A DNA stretch of 64,000 nt. Origin: the human T2T-CHM13v2.0 reference genome, Homo sapiens. Position 1 is the first letter of the stretch. Every line of letters begins with the position of its first letter. The stretch lies in assembly GCF_009914755.1 (NCBI RefSeq), contig NC_060930.1; one strand, 5' to 3'. Below the pieces are notes generated by a model. The model was given only the letters and a program-made list of their open reading frames with translations, was not told where the DNA came from and made no database searches. Below, in pieces: positions 1 through 15,313 of the stretch. Both the position numbers and the translations under genes were made by a program.

Positions 1-1016
1 CCTAGGATTGGCCAACTGCCCTCCCAACAGATTCCAACTGCTCAAGGCTGAGTGCAAGCTGTTCCCTCCGGGGCCACTGACATCACAGTCCGACCGGGGA
101 ATCCTCGCCACACCGCACCTCACACACCCCTCCCCAGCCAAAGGCTTTCATCTCTGTCAAATCAACACTTCCCACCCCAAATGAGAATCTGACACATTAT
201 AATCACCTTCACTCCTCCTCCGAGGATCCCACAAACCACAGAAAGACGCACTCGTTTTTCAGGGCTGCATGCTGGGGACACACTGCCAAAACAGCCTGCA
301 GCCCTTCCAAGATGCTTACCACCCGGGAGAGGGAGAGTGGCCAGCCAGGGCAGGGCTCTGAAGGACGATTGTCCAGGAAAATGGAGTGAATGAGTTCTCT
401 GTAAAGTCAGGTTTGAAGCTCAGAGTTCCAACTGAACCCAATGAGAAAGTGGGTTGTCTTTTGAGGACGCTTGCTTCTTTCTGTTCAAGAAACCAAATTG
501 TGTGTGTGTGGCTGTGCACGCACATACACATACACATGTAAATGTTCTGACGTGTCCTTTCACGTCCAGGGTAGCATATATTTCTTCCAGGTTCACTGTT
601 GCACAGCCAAGCCTCTTCCTCTCTCCCTTTAACCCCAGCAGCATCTAGTCACCTTTCCGGCATTGACTTCCTCACTTGATGTTTCTCTCTGTGTCTCAGT
701 GATCTTCCCTACCGGCAGATTTACATTTGCAGCTTTCCTCATCAGCCTTTCACTCCCACAGTATGTGTTGTATAATGGCCTTGAGACTGCTTTGTCAAGG
801 ACACAAAATAATTGCCCTCAGCAGGACCTGAAGGACCTGCTAAACTCCTTTTAACTACTCTGACATGATTGTATCAAGTCAGACAGTGGTATTTTCAAAA
901 ATTGTTCCTGCACTCTTCCCTCCATTCCTGACTCACAAATAAGCACCAAATTCTTTAAACATATCTGATGTTGGAAGCAAGATTAGCTAAGTCCAGTGGT
1001 CAAAGGTTTAAATATG

Positions 1017-1371
1017 TTACATGGTTTGGCTACGTCCCCACCCAAATCTCAACTTGAATTGTATCTCCCAGAATTCCCAAGTTTGTGGGTGGGACCCAGG
1101 GGGGTGGTAATTGAATCATGGGAGTTGGTCTTTCCCGTGCTACTCTCATGATAGAGAATAAGTCTCATGAAATCTGATGGGTTACCAGGGGTTTCCACTT
1201 TTGCTTCTTCCTCATTTTTCCTTTTGCTGCCACCATGTAAGAAGTGTCTTTCACCTCCTGCCATGATTCTGAGGCCTCCCCAGCCACGTGGAACTGAAAG
1301 TCCAATTAAACCTCTCTTTCTTCCCAGTCTCGGGTATGTCTTTATCAGCAGTGTGAAAATGGACTAATATG
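1017..1371 (+). mobile_element. THE1A solo LTR (ERVL-MaLR)
   Basis: atggtttggct...cccacccaaatctcaacttgaattgtatctcccag...ggactaata; 5-bp TSD ATATG (1012-1016/1372-1376). Confidence 0.88.
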
Positions 1372-2544
1372 ATATGACTGAAGTATTTTTTTCTCTAGCT
1401 ACCCAAATATAACAATTACATTTTTTACAGTTTTATATTACACATAATTTGCTAACATTTATTCAGTGCCTGCTGTGTACTATGCCGTGTTTTATGTGAC
1501 TTAGCAGCATTGTAATATGAAATACTTATACCAGCCCTATGAGGTAGAGAAATGAAAGAATTGGTAGACTCCCATACTTTTAAGATCCAATTGCCCTGTC
1601 CTTTAAATTCCTTTCACAAGAGTAATTATTTTCAAGATTTCCTAATCTTTAGATGCCACAGCCCCCTGAAGTTTTCGTGTTAAGAACTTGCTAACAGGTA
1701 ACTACTTAGTGTTTCTCGAAATTCACATAGATTAGTCAGGGAGGTTCTCTTCTGCTTTCTGAAGTTTTCATTTATTTGCTCTTGGGTACATTAAAGAATC
1801 ATTAGGGTCCCTCATACATATCTAATTAATTAATTATAGTTTATAATTACATAGCCTCCTCTCAAAGTCCCTAAAAATATAAAGAGTCGCATAACAGAAG
1901 AGCCTCATCTACCACCGCAACATCTCATCCCACCCTGCCCTGTTGGCCGTAATTATTGTTCTATGCCAGATGACAAAGAGCCATGGGAAAAATCCTTTTT
2001 GTAACCAATATATTTTAAAACAGAGACTAAGATCAGGATATACTAAGCAAAACAGGTTAATAAGATAAGTTTGTCCTTGGGTCAGTCTTTTCATTCAGCC
2101 CTTTTCTTCCCTGTCCCACTGTCCATTTCTGTTTTCACTAGTCCCCAGCCTCAGCATTCTCCATGGGCTTGGACAGTGGCAGCAGAAAGTGAGGCCACAA
2201 ATCAATCAAGTAAGGCACGCTGCAACCTCAGGCACAGGTAACAAACGGCAGCAACAGGAAACAAGCCCCGCTGATCCCCACTGTCTCCCTCCTGTCTTCC
2301 TAGTTCTAATCCTGCCTTGGCCCACCCCAATCTTTCTCATGCCTCTTTCTCAACCAAGAGCCCTAGGAGGCAGCTACCAGCCCGTGTGAGTGGACTCTGG
2401 GGAATAATCCACATGTCTCCCTTCGGTCTCTCTCGGGGAACTTCGATTCTAGAGAAAGAAATGTAGCACCAGAGTGCCCTTCCACATGTGCAATTTCAGT
2501 CACCAAAGAAACTGAGCGGGAACAACATTTCTGGGCAGGAGAAT

Positions 2545-2770
2545 AGGCAGATATACCATGAAGCTATATACCATGAAGCAGATATACCATGAAGTTTCAG
2601 GGCCCAGCATGTGTACAGGCCCCTTCCAAGGTCCTGGGAATGACCTCGGTGATGAGTTCACATTATCACATTTTTGTGAAATTTGAAAAAGGTACTTTTG
2701 TATTATTTTCCATAAACAGGGCACCCATATGATAAAAAGATCAAGTCCCACAAAAATCCAGTGGTCCTAA
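2545..2770 (+). mobile_element. Degenerate hAT-Tip100-like DNA transposon fragment
   Basis: gcagatataccatgaag...cagggccc...ggcccttccaaggtcctggga resembles recalled MamTip-type ends. Confidence 0.35.
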
Positions 2771-5039
2771 ATCATACCTTGTACAGGTGTGAGGCTCAGG
2801 AGGGTCTCACACCTCATGCCTACCTACTTGATGATAGTTTATAAGAAGACGGCCACCTCTCAAAGTCCTTAAAACCAAAGAGTCCTATCACTGAAGAGCC
2901 TCATCTACCACCACAACATTTCATCCCATTCTGTCCTGTTGGCAATAATTATTGTTCTATGCTAGACAGACTACATAAAATCTAACCTAGTTTGTATTAC
3001 ATTTTCTTCATGTAACATCAGAGTTCTTTTCCCCACAATACGAAAGCAAAATTAGGTTAAATTTTAGAAGAGGGAAAATAAGAAGTAAAAATAAATTTTA
3101 TTTTTTAAAAAATAGCAAAAGTAGTTACTAATGATGCACCTCCTTTTCAAATATATCTGAAACCAACTTTGGCAAGCCACGGGCATCTTTTAGAAAATAT
3201 ATTGTCCAAAGACTCTGCATGAGTAAACGTACAATAGGGGCCATGAAGCTCCTCCATACAATTCTGCCATCCAGCCATGTTGAGGAACCCCTGCAAGAGA
3301 CGTCTGCAGTTGTATCCCCTAGCAACTCCTTAAAATCTCACTGGTGCTTTATCGTTATTTTAGCACTGTCCTTTAGTGATATAAGGTCAAGGCCACTGTA
3401 ACACACATGTTAGTAAGCAGGAAACAGTGAAAACATAGAATCACAGAAATAATATTTAACAGCAAAAATGACACTTCTAACAACTCATTTTGTAGCTGAA
3501 AGGCACTGTAGTGAAAACATAGGAAATAGCTATATAAAAGGCTTCTGAGTAACAGAGGGAAGTCTTCCCGAAAGCATTCGGTTCTTAAGATACACTGTTA
3601 TTTCCTGAGGTACCTTTAAGTCTCTCCTAAGTGGCTCAGATGAAAGCCCCTGGCAGAGAATCTGGGAGGGGAGCAGCGTCCCAGTGAGGACTCTGGGGAG
3701 GGCCCATGCTCTGTGTCCTATGCGCAGAGCGACTTCACCACAGTCATGGGCACAATGACCCCTAATGGTATTGAAAATGGAGAGAAAGGGGGCAAGTTCA
3801 ATGACGTATGTGTTATTTCTGAAGTTGGTATTTTTTACAACAACAAAAAATTGGCACTAACTTAAATATTTATCCACTAGGGAACGGATGAATAAAAGGT
3901 GGTATATGCAACAACTGAATACCCACCCTCAATTTGCTGAAGCAGGAACTAAAACCATGGGACTGATCATGCAAACTGGAGCTATTTCCACTTGTTTAAG
4001 TCAATGCTTACAAACCATGCTCCTTCTAGGACACATAGAAAGTGTAACAATCAAGATATGTACATAAAGAAAATATTTAGGATTAGCCAAGAAAAATATA
4101 TAACAAAGAAATAGGAAGGCCTTCCTCTGCCACCAAGTCTAAAAATTAGGTTCCATCCTAACACCCATTTCTTCTCATTTGTAACCTTTATCAGCAAATG
4201 TATTTTATCAGTAAACTCTTAACAGTAAATTTGTTTATGACTATTCATTCGTCTTCATGGGTCTGTAGTAAAGCGCTGGGAGGTTACGGACCATTGTATC
4301 CCCAAGGATAATACGGCGCCTGGCAAACAGCAGACCCCCACCAATAAATACTTTCAATAAGTGAATCATTGGCGATAGTTTCGAGTACCATTCACATTTT
4401 GATACCCCACAAATACTCAGCTCCAGTTCATCCTTCTGGTCCAGCTGACTAGCTGACATCAGCCCCTTCTGGTCCAGCTGAGTAGGTGACATGCCCACGT
4501 GAGTGTCCACAAGCTACCTGAGAAGCTACATGCACAAGACTGCACTTACTCTCTTTGTTAAAAAAAAAAAAAAAAAGTGTTACTATACTGTCAAAAGCAT
4601 GCAGAGATAGCTACACAAGAGTGTCCTGGATGACATTACTTGTAAAAGTAGATATAAAGAAATAACCGGAAACATCCTACATGGAATGGGATACTACTTA
4701 TCCTTTTACACTAAGGCGTAAAGCAGATCTCTTAGGTACTTCAGTGGAAAGCTGGAGGGCTGCTTGCGCTATGTTACTAAATACAAAAGGAAGCTGCTAA
4801 AGGTACCATTCTGTTTAAGATGATCATTACACATACATGTGGATTTCAGTGTAGAAGAAAAAAGCTAACAGGGTCATATGTGGGTAGTGGAATTTCTTAG
4901 CTTACTTTGAAGATTTTCCACATTGTTTGAGTTTTTAAAGTGAATAATTCCTACACAGAAAACTTGACAGTTAAAAAACAAAAACTAAAAAAATAAACTT
5001 TCTCTACTCTCAAGCTCTATTACAAACAACCCTCCAGTC

Positions 5040-6105
5040 ACCACATTAGAAGTGTGGTAGCTCTCCTGAACCCCCTTCTTTGCCTCACTCTTTACATTTT
5101 ACCACCGGAATATGTCTTTATCAAATTTCATTGCTTCATTTTGCTCATACCTGTTCTCTTTCCATCTCCTCTGCCTGAATTTAAGCCTTCATCATCTCTC
5201 TCTACAGCGGTCCACCAGTTGGCTTCCTTCCTTTCATCTGTGACTCCTGGCAATCCTTGACATTGCTTCCGTGTTTCCAGAACCCATATTAAAAAACAAA
5301 ACAAAAAACAAACAAACAAAAAAAACCAACAAGTCACAGCTCAGAATGAGCCCTTCCACTCGTTCCGAATGGCCTGTGCAGTCGCATTCAGGGGGCTGGG
5401 ACTGCCCGTGGCACCTGCACAGCACTTCTCCCACCATTTCTCCAACTGTGCTCTGCACTGTTCTAAAAATAAGTTTCCTGTAGTTCCCAATGTTTCACAG
5501 TTTGTTCATGCTATTTCCCTTATCCTGGAATGTATTGCCCTTGTCCTCCAATCAGAGTTAAAATTACTTCTGTTTAAGAACTCAAGTCAAACACCACCTC
5601 CTCCTCCATATAACTTTTCTGCTCCTTTTCCCTCAAGCAAGTTTCTGGCTCCTTCCTTTGTGCTCTCGGTGAATCTTCCACTGAAGCAACACGGAAACCA
5701 CACACAAACTGTCATTTGTGGCAGGCTGTTGAGTGCCTGTGGCTTCAAATGCTTCGGCGCATGCAATGCTACTACTGTTTTCAGGTAGGTGGCCATCGAC
5801 ATCTTATAAAAGTTACAAATGTCCCCATTTTTGGAATAGAAGTCAGAAAGGTTGGAGAGTGGGGAGAGAGACACTTGTCCAAGACCACATAATGAAAGAG
5901 ACAGGTTTTGATTCTAAATCTTTCTAGCACCCACTGTGCTGTACAACCTTTATTAATATGTCATCATACGCACTGGCTTGAATTTCTGTTTCTCCCTATA
6001 ATATCCTTATTTTCTCATGGACAGGGATTATTTCTGATTCATCTTTTGATCCTCAGACCTAGTACAGAGCTGGGCACGCAGCAGGTGCGTGGGGATGTTT
6101 GTTGA
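5040..6105 (+). mobile_element. L2 fragments
   Basis: L2-like 3' end (cctagtacagagctgggcacgcagcaggtg...gtttgttgagt) and upstream pyrimidine-rich L2 body. Confidence 0.5.
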
Positions 6106-6314
6106 GTAACGCAGGCAAGGGAGCTGGGGAGAGCGCAGTCATTAGGAGTCACACAGTCTGACCTTGAGCAAATTATTAACATTACGAACAAGCGAAAAAA
6201 AAAAAAAAAACAGAAATAAAGCACCAGGCACACAGTCTAGGGCACAGTAAGTTCTCAAAAATGCTACCAACAATTACAATAACACTGAGGAAAGAGAAGC
6301 TCATAAGAGGGGCA

Positions 6315-6690
6315 TGTGTCAGTCCGTCAGGGCTAAGTGTTGCTGAGATAATAAACTATCCCAGGATCTTAGTAACTGAAAACACACAGGATTTGTTTTT
6401 CACTCACTGTCCACATGCATAAAGTTCTGAGGAGTCTCCTTCCTCTACCTTGTTCTCACTCAGGAATGCAAGACCAAACACCATGCAGAACAGCACTGGC
6501 TACCACAGCAGGGGATGGGAGCGTGGGAAAGTGAGCGTCGCCTATTAAAAACTTCCACGAGTCAGTAACACACCTCGCTTCCTTCCACCTGCTATTGATC
6601 AAAGCAACTCACATCATAAACTTGCAATCTTACCTCATACCCAGGAGGAAAACCAGAAATACCACATCACTAATGACTATAGTGGGAACA
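6315..6690 (-). mobile_element. Old MLT1-type LTR
   Basis: tgtcagtc...gctaagtgttgctgagataataaac...aacacacaggatttgtttttcactcac resembles the MLT1 end. Confidence 0.4.
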
Positions 6691-7296
6691 GGGAAACATT
6701 TCTTAAGAGGAGGTAAGTGTACCAGGTATAGCAAGTAGGAGAAAGGCTTAGGGTAGGCACAAAAATTGTAAAAAAGGTCAACAGATAAAACAGTAAATCA
6801 AGTATGAGGAAAAGCATCTGCGGCTTGGTGTGACTGGACCATGGAGTGCGTGCAGTGCGTGCAGGGGCTTAGGTGGAAGAACAGGCTGAGTCAGGTTGTT
6901 GAGGACTTTTCTGCTCTATTACTAATCATAAGAGGGGTGGGAGCCCAGATGATCAATATGATAAGTGAATAGGTTCACTCTGGCAACAACTTAGGGCTCT
7001 TCATATTCCAATATAATATATACATTTATCCTCATATACTTATTCTGTTGTTACCTTGTCATAATTATTGTCATGTTTTATCTATTTTCTTGCTTCCCAA
7101 CTTAGAAGTGGTTTCGTTAAAAATGCTTTCAGAATACTTATTTCACTTTTTAAAAGAACGTATTGAACTTTAAGAAATCCACTGACTGCAGGACCTGATG
7201 GTGCTAATGGTGCACAGGTCTCGTCTGCACAATGAGCATGTACTACACACCCAACGCCTTGAGTTAATTTGGACAGCAATGCTTTAGCTGCAATTA

Positions 7297-7669
7297 CAGC
7301 CATGCACAGCGTAATGATGTTTTGGTCAACAAGCGACCAAAGATATATGAGATGGTCCCATAATATTATAACGAAGCTTAAAAATATTTATTGACTGATG
7401 ACGCAGTAGCCTTCCTAATGGTATAGCACAACACATTACCTTTTTATGTTCAGATATATTTGGTTACAGCTGCCTGCAGTATTCAGTACAGTGACATGCT
7501 GCATAGGGATTGTAGCCTAGGAGCAGTAGGCCACACACAGAGCCTAGGTGTGTGGCAGCCTGTACCATCTAGGTTTGTTAAGTGCACTCAGTGATACTCA
7601 CACCATCAGGACGTCACCTAGTGATGCATGTCTCAGAAGGTATCCCTATCATTAAGCGACACATAACTG
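7297..7669 (+). mobile_element. Tigger3 (MER7) non-autonomous TcMar DNA transposon
   Basis: cagccatgcac...ggtcaac...ggtcccataatattataa...acataactg with terminal inverted repeats and TA TSDs. Confidence 0.82.
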
Positions 7670-8092
7670 TATTTAAATACCAAGACTACAAGTTTCAGAG
7701 ACTGACGCTGGGCAGCTGCAGCGTGAATAGAGTTTCATGTATGTGAAATGTGTCTCCAAATGAGTTGGATAACATTTTGGAGATTCATTCAGTTTATAAG
7801 GATGAAATGCAGCACGTGTTTAACAGCATCAACTTTAGACAGCTCTACATCACCTGTGTATCTGCTACAATCCAGAATCCAGATCTGAGGTTCAAGTGGG
7901 CCCTGAAATCCCCGACAATGTCAATGTCACCCTATCACACCCAAGTCTCCGGTCCTCCGCTGAGTTTGCAGAGAACAGAAGGGGAACGACCCACATGACT
8001 CTGAGCTGCATGATGAGATGATGCCACAATGTCTCTCCCAGGACTCATATTATTCTACGAACAGTTATTCTAATGCAAGTATTGCTTTTCTT

Positions 8093-8161
8093 GTATATAT
8101 ATGTATATATATATGTATATATGTATATATATGTGTATATATATACATGTATATATATATA
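8093..8161. repeat. Interrupted (TA)n microsatellite at the L1 tail
   Basis: gtatatatatgtatatat... directly abutting the L1 3' end. Confidence 0.9.
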
Positions 8162-10741
<2,580 letters not shown>

Positions 10742-12418
10742 TCATGGACATCTCTCGTCTCCTTTAAATGCCTTAAGAAAAAGTGGCCTTCAAAACTTTT
10801 CTGTATAAGTTCCACCTTTATGTATGAGAAACCATAAAACAATAGAAAGATCACACTGCACAAAGAATCAGAAATCTTTTTCTGGTTTAAGTCCCTGTCC
10901 TTAAATTCCCATGTGACCTTTAGCAAGCAGCCTAAGTTCTCTGCAAATTACCTCACCTCAGCTCTCTTCTCTATAAAATAAGGAGCACTACTAGTCTACC
11001 TTAAAAGCCTTCCAATCGGGAGAGTTGCGAGTCTACGTCAGCTTTAAAGCAAATCCTAATGCTATTCCTAGCCCTTGCTTCTGCTTGTCTCTCTCAAAAT
11101 AGTGTTTCTTTCCACTGAATAAAATTCCAATACATTTGTTTTTCAAAAGATCCTTTTGACTGCAAGAAACAAAAGCCCAATTCATACTAACAAGCAAAAA
11201 AACAAAAAGTAATTTATTGACCCATGAAGGAGTCACCTGGACCTGTGGCAAACTGTGTATGAAAAGGAAATACATAATTGTTGTACTAAGCCATTGAGAA
11301 TTTCATAGCACTTGTTACTGAATTAGAACCTCACCTGTCCTGACTGATAAGCTGACTTCCAACCAGGACTGAAAACATGTCCTCCCCTGCTTACCAACCA
11401 CAGTGAAATGTTAGAACTGCTTCTCTGGGTGTCCTCCTGCCAGTCCTGAGGAAGGGCTCTGATGAGCCTTACCATGGTGGAATCCCAGACCTCAATGAGT
11501 GGATACAAGCATGTACCAGGGCCACACCGTGTGCCTTCCAAAACGGCACAAGATCTGAGGCTGTGCCCAGAAGGGGCGGGGAAAGCTGAATGGAGTGTGA
11601 ATAAGGAATAATGACTATGGTCCAGAGAATTCTCTCTCTCTCAACTTAACCTCTGAGCAATCAATTGCCTGCTAGCCTATCAGTATCACTGCTGTAGCCA
11701 TTACACATTTTCATTTCCTTCAAAACACATAGGAAAATCCTTCATATACACAAATACAATTTTCTGTAAGATAGTCTGCCACAATATTTGGATTAGAAAA
11801 GTTATGTTTATTGCATACAACCATAAGTATAATGAAGATAATGTACTGTTCAGGTTTGATCTCCTTCGTTCAGAATCAACTCTCTTATTCAGCCAGTGAA
11901 GCAATTTACCAAATTCAATTTGAAAAGTATACTGTCATCAGTAATAACCTCAAACAACTTCACTGGTTGCCAGTATTGGACACTACCTTTCCCTGCTTCT
12001 TTTACACACTTCATACATCCTCATCTCCCTTGTGCTGAAACACATATGTTACCCACATGCAAAAGACAACTCAAATTTCACTTAGGGTTTAAAAAACATC
12101 ACTGTATAGTGAACAATCATTATTAACGACAAGTATCTACAGAAGCCCATCCATGCTAAATTGACTTTCATAAATGTTATCTAGACCAAATGAGATATAT
12201 ATTGCTCAGAGAATAAGAGAAAGTCTGTTTTTGATGGAAAACATTTGTTATTCTCCTATTACTCCAAACTATGGCAACCCTAGGGGAGGATCTTTTCTTT
12301 CATTCCCTTCCCCAACCCAACAAAATATAAGCAAACATCAGGAATGCTCTGCTCCTTAATCCCATACACTTTTAAAACAGTCCTCACATTAGAAAATGAT
12401 GTGAGAAATAAACACAGA

Positions 12419-12709
12419 TTTTTTTTTTTTCTATTGAGATGGAGTCTCACTCTGTCACCTAGGCTGGAGCGCAGTGGCACAATCTCGGCTCACCACAACC
12501 TCAGGTTCAAGCGATTCTCCTGCCTCAGCCTCCCTATTAGCTGGGATTACAAGCGCCCGCCACCATGTCCGGCTAATTTTTGTATTTTCCAGTAGAGACG
12601 GGTTTTTGCCATGTTGGCCAGGCTGATCTCAGAAGCCTGACCTCAGGTGATCTACTTGCTTTGCCTCCCAAAGTGCTGGGATTACCAGCGTGAGCCACTG
12701 CGCCCAGCC
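12419..12709 (-). mobile_element. AluS
   Basis: Near full-length antisense Alu with poly-T. Confidence 0.92.
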
Positions 12710-13399
12710 ATATTTTTGTCTCATGTTGAGATGAATGCAAATTAAAGTATACTTCAAGAAACAATACCAAAATAATGCAAAACATATCTCTTCCAGCAAG
12801 ACTGTCTCGCCTCACCACATATCTTTTCCAGCAAGACAGTCTCGTCTCACCACATATCTTTCTTGAGTAACTATAAACCTATCAACACACCAAAAACCAA
12901 AATCTTACTGTTTTAACTAATAGGGCATAAATTCAAAAATGTGATTCATAAATAACATAAGAACTATTAGTGAGTCCTTTATTAAATTTGCAGTCAGAAA
13001 CAATGTTTATAGATGAAAATACATTCAAATTTGACACATCAAATATTTAAAACCTTGAACAGAAAAGGATAAGTTCTCTTTATCTAGAGGATAGTTTATT
13101 TTTTATTTTAACCAATTTTCCTTCACATAGGCATACTTTAAACTAGAAAACAAATCCCTTATTTTGATTCTATCCCTTGAATTACATGATAAAACAAAAG
13201 GTTATATTAGTTTTCCAATAGCAACTGCCTTTAAAAGAGTAATTCTATACTTTTTTGCATGTGTTCAGGTTTTTTTAATGTATCACATTCCATAATCCAG
13301 TATTCAATTGACCAAATACTTGATGATAATCAAGAAATTGCCTGTTTGGGGACACGGAGGAAGCCATAGAATTTCAGAGGTTATAAAACACTATTATTT

Positions 13400-13697
13400 G
13401 GCCAGGTGTGGTGGCTCACCCTGTAATCCCAGCACTTTGGGAGGCCAAGATGGGCAGATTGCTTGAGCTCAGAAGTTCGAGACCAGCCTGGGTTACATGG
13501 CAAAACTCCATCTCTACAAAAATACAAAAATTAGCCAGGCGTGGTGGTACGCACCTATAGTCCCAGCTATTCGGGAAGCTAAGGTGTGGGGGGATTCCTT
13601 GAGCCCAGGAGGTTGAGGCTGCAGTGAGCCAAGACTGCACCACTGCACTCCACCCCGGGTGACAGAGCAAGACCCTGTCTCAAAAAACAATAATAAT
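13400..13697 (+). mobile_element. AluJ
   Basis: AluJ diagnostics (gaggctgcagtgagcc, gaccctgtctc); TSD ataaaacactatt. Confidence 0.9.
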
Positions 13698-13849
13698 AAA
13701 ACACTATTTTTCAAAACTAAGTGTGAAATTACCTAAGTGATTGTCAATATGTAGCACTGAATTCCTCTTCTGAATAGCAATATAAAAGTTAAAGATAGAG
13801 TAATACTTTAATTAACAACTATACTCCAGCCCTTATTTCCCTCTCCACC

Positions 13850-14790
13850 TTCAGACTCCAACATTAACTGCTAATACCAACCTGCTGTATCTTATCTGTC
13901 CAACAAATACTTCAAAATCTATTGACTCAAAACTGAACATCTCCCTCCCGAAACCAGCCCTTCCTTCCTTCTCCATTCCCCTTCTCGCTGACAGTCACGC
14001 ATCATTCACCCACCTGCCCACACCCAAAACTGGAGGCCAGCCTGGGACGCTGCCCTGCTCCCACTTCTGCCGTGTGCAACCATTAAGCACCAAGTTGTGC
14101 TAATTATGCGGCTCAGACATCTCGCAAACATTTCCACTTACTTTGACCTCTTTTGTCAGTCACTAGCTCCTAAACACTTTGCTGGTTTAGTCCACCACTC
14201 TACTGACTATTCCCTGCCTTCTTCAGTTTTGTTCCTCAAAACCACTATTTCTAACGGCCAAAGTAATCCTTGTAAACCGCAAATTTAATGTTATTCCCCA
14301 TACTCATCCTTAAAAATCTTTAGTCAATCCTCACCATTTTTGGATAAAGTCAAAACTGTTAATATGGCTCATAAAACCTCCAAAAATCTGACCCCTAAGT
14401 CACCTCTTCAGCTTCACATCCAACCACTCACCTTCCTAGGATAACTCCAAGCACACAGGTATTGATGTCCAGCTCCAGCAACACATCATGCGTGCTTCTC
14501 ACGTCTGTCCTCACACGCCACTTCCCTCCTCTTCTAGAACATCTACCCTCCTGCAATGCTATCTCCATCCCAGCCTGGTTAACTCTTACTTGCCATTTAA
14601 GCCTCACTTTAATATGATTAATTTCAGCAAAGATTTTCCCCAACACAGCAAGCCTGCATTAAGTGTTCTCATTGTATCCTCTCAGGACACCAGGACTATC
14701 TTTATTTTGTTCACTGTTGTATTTCCAGCATCTAGCAGAGTTCTTGGCACATAGACACTCAGAAAAAATCAGAATGGCTGATTAAATGGC
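13850..14790 (+). mobile_element. L2 element 3' part
   Basis: Ends tctagcagagttcttggcacatagacactcag...; L2-like body. Confidence 0.6.
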
Positions 14791-14970
14791 ACAAAATGGA
14801 GAGAACATTTTAAAATCCTCAGACAGTCTCACTGACTCTCCTGATCAAATAGAAGTAAGGAATGCTGAGTGTAGGAGGCATTCAATTAAAAAAAAAAAAG
14901 AAAAAGTAATAAGAATCCAAGTGAAGTGTTAAACCCATTGGGCAGAATTTATAGAAATACATGTAAAATA

Positions 14971-15313
<343 letters not shown>

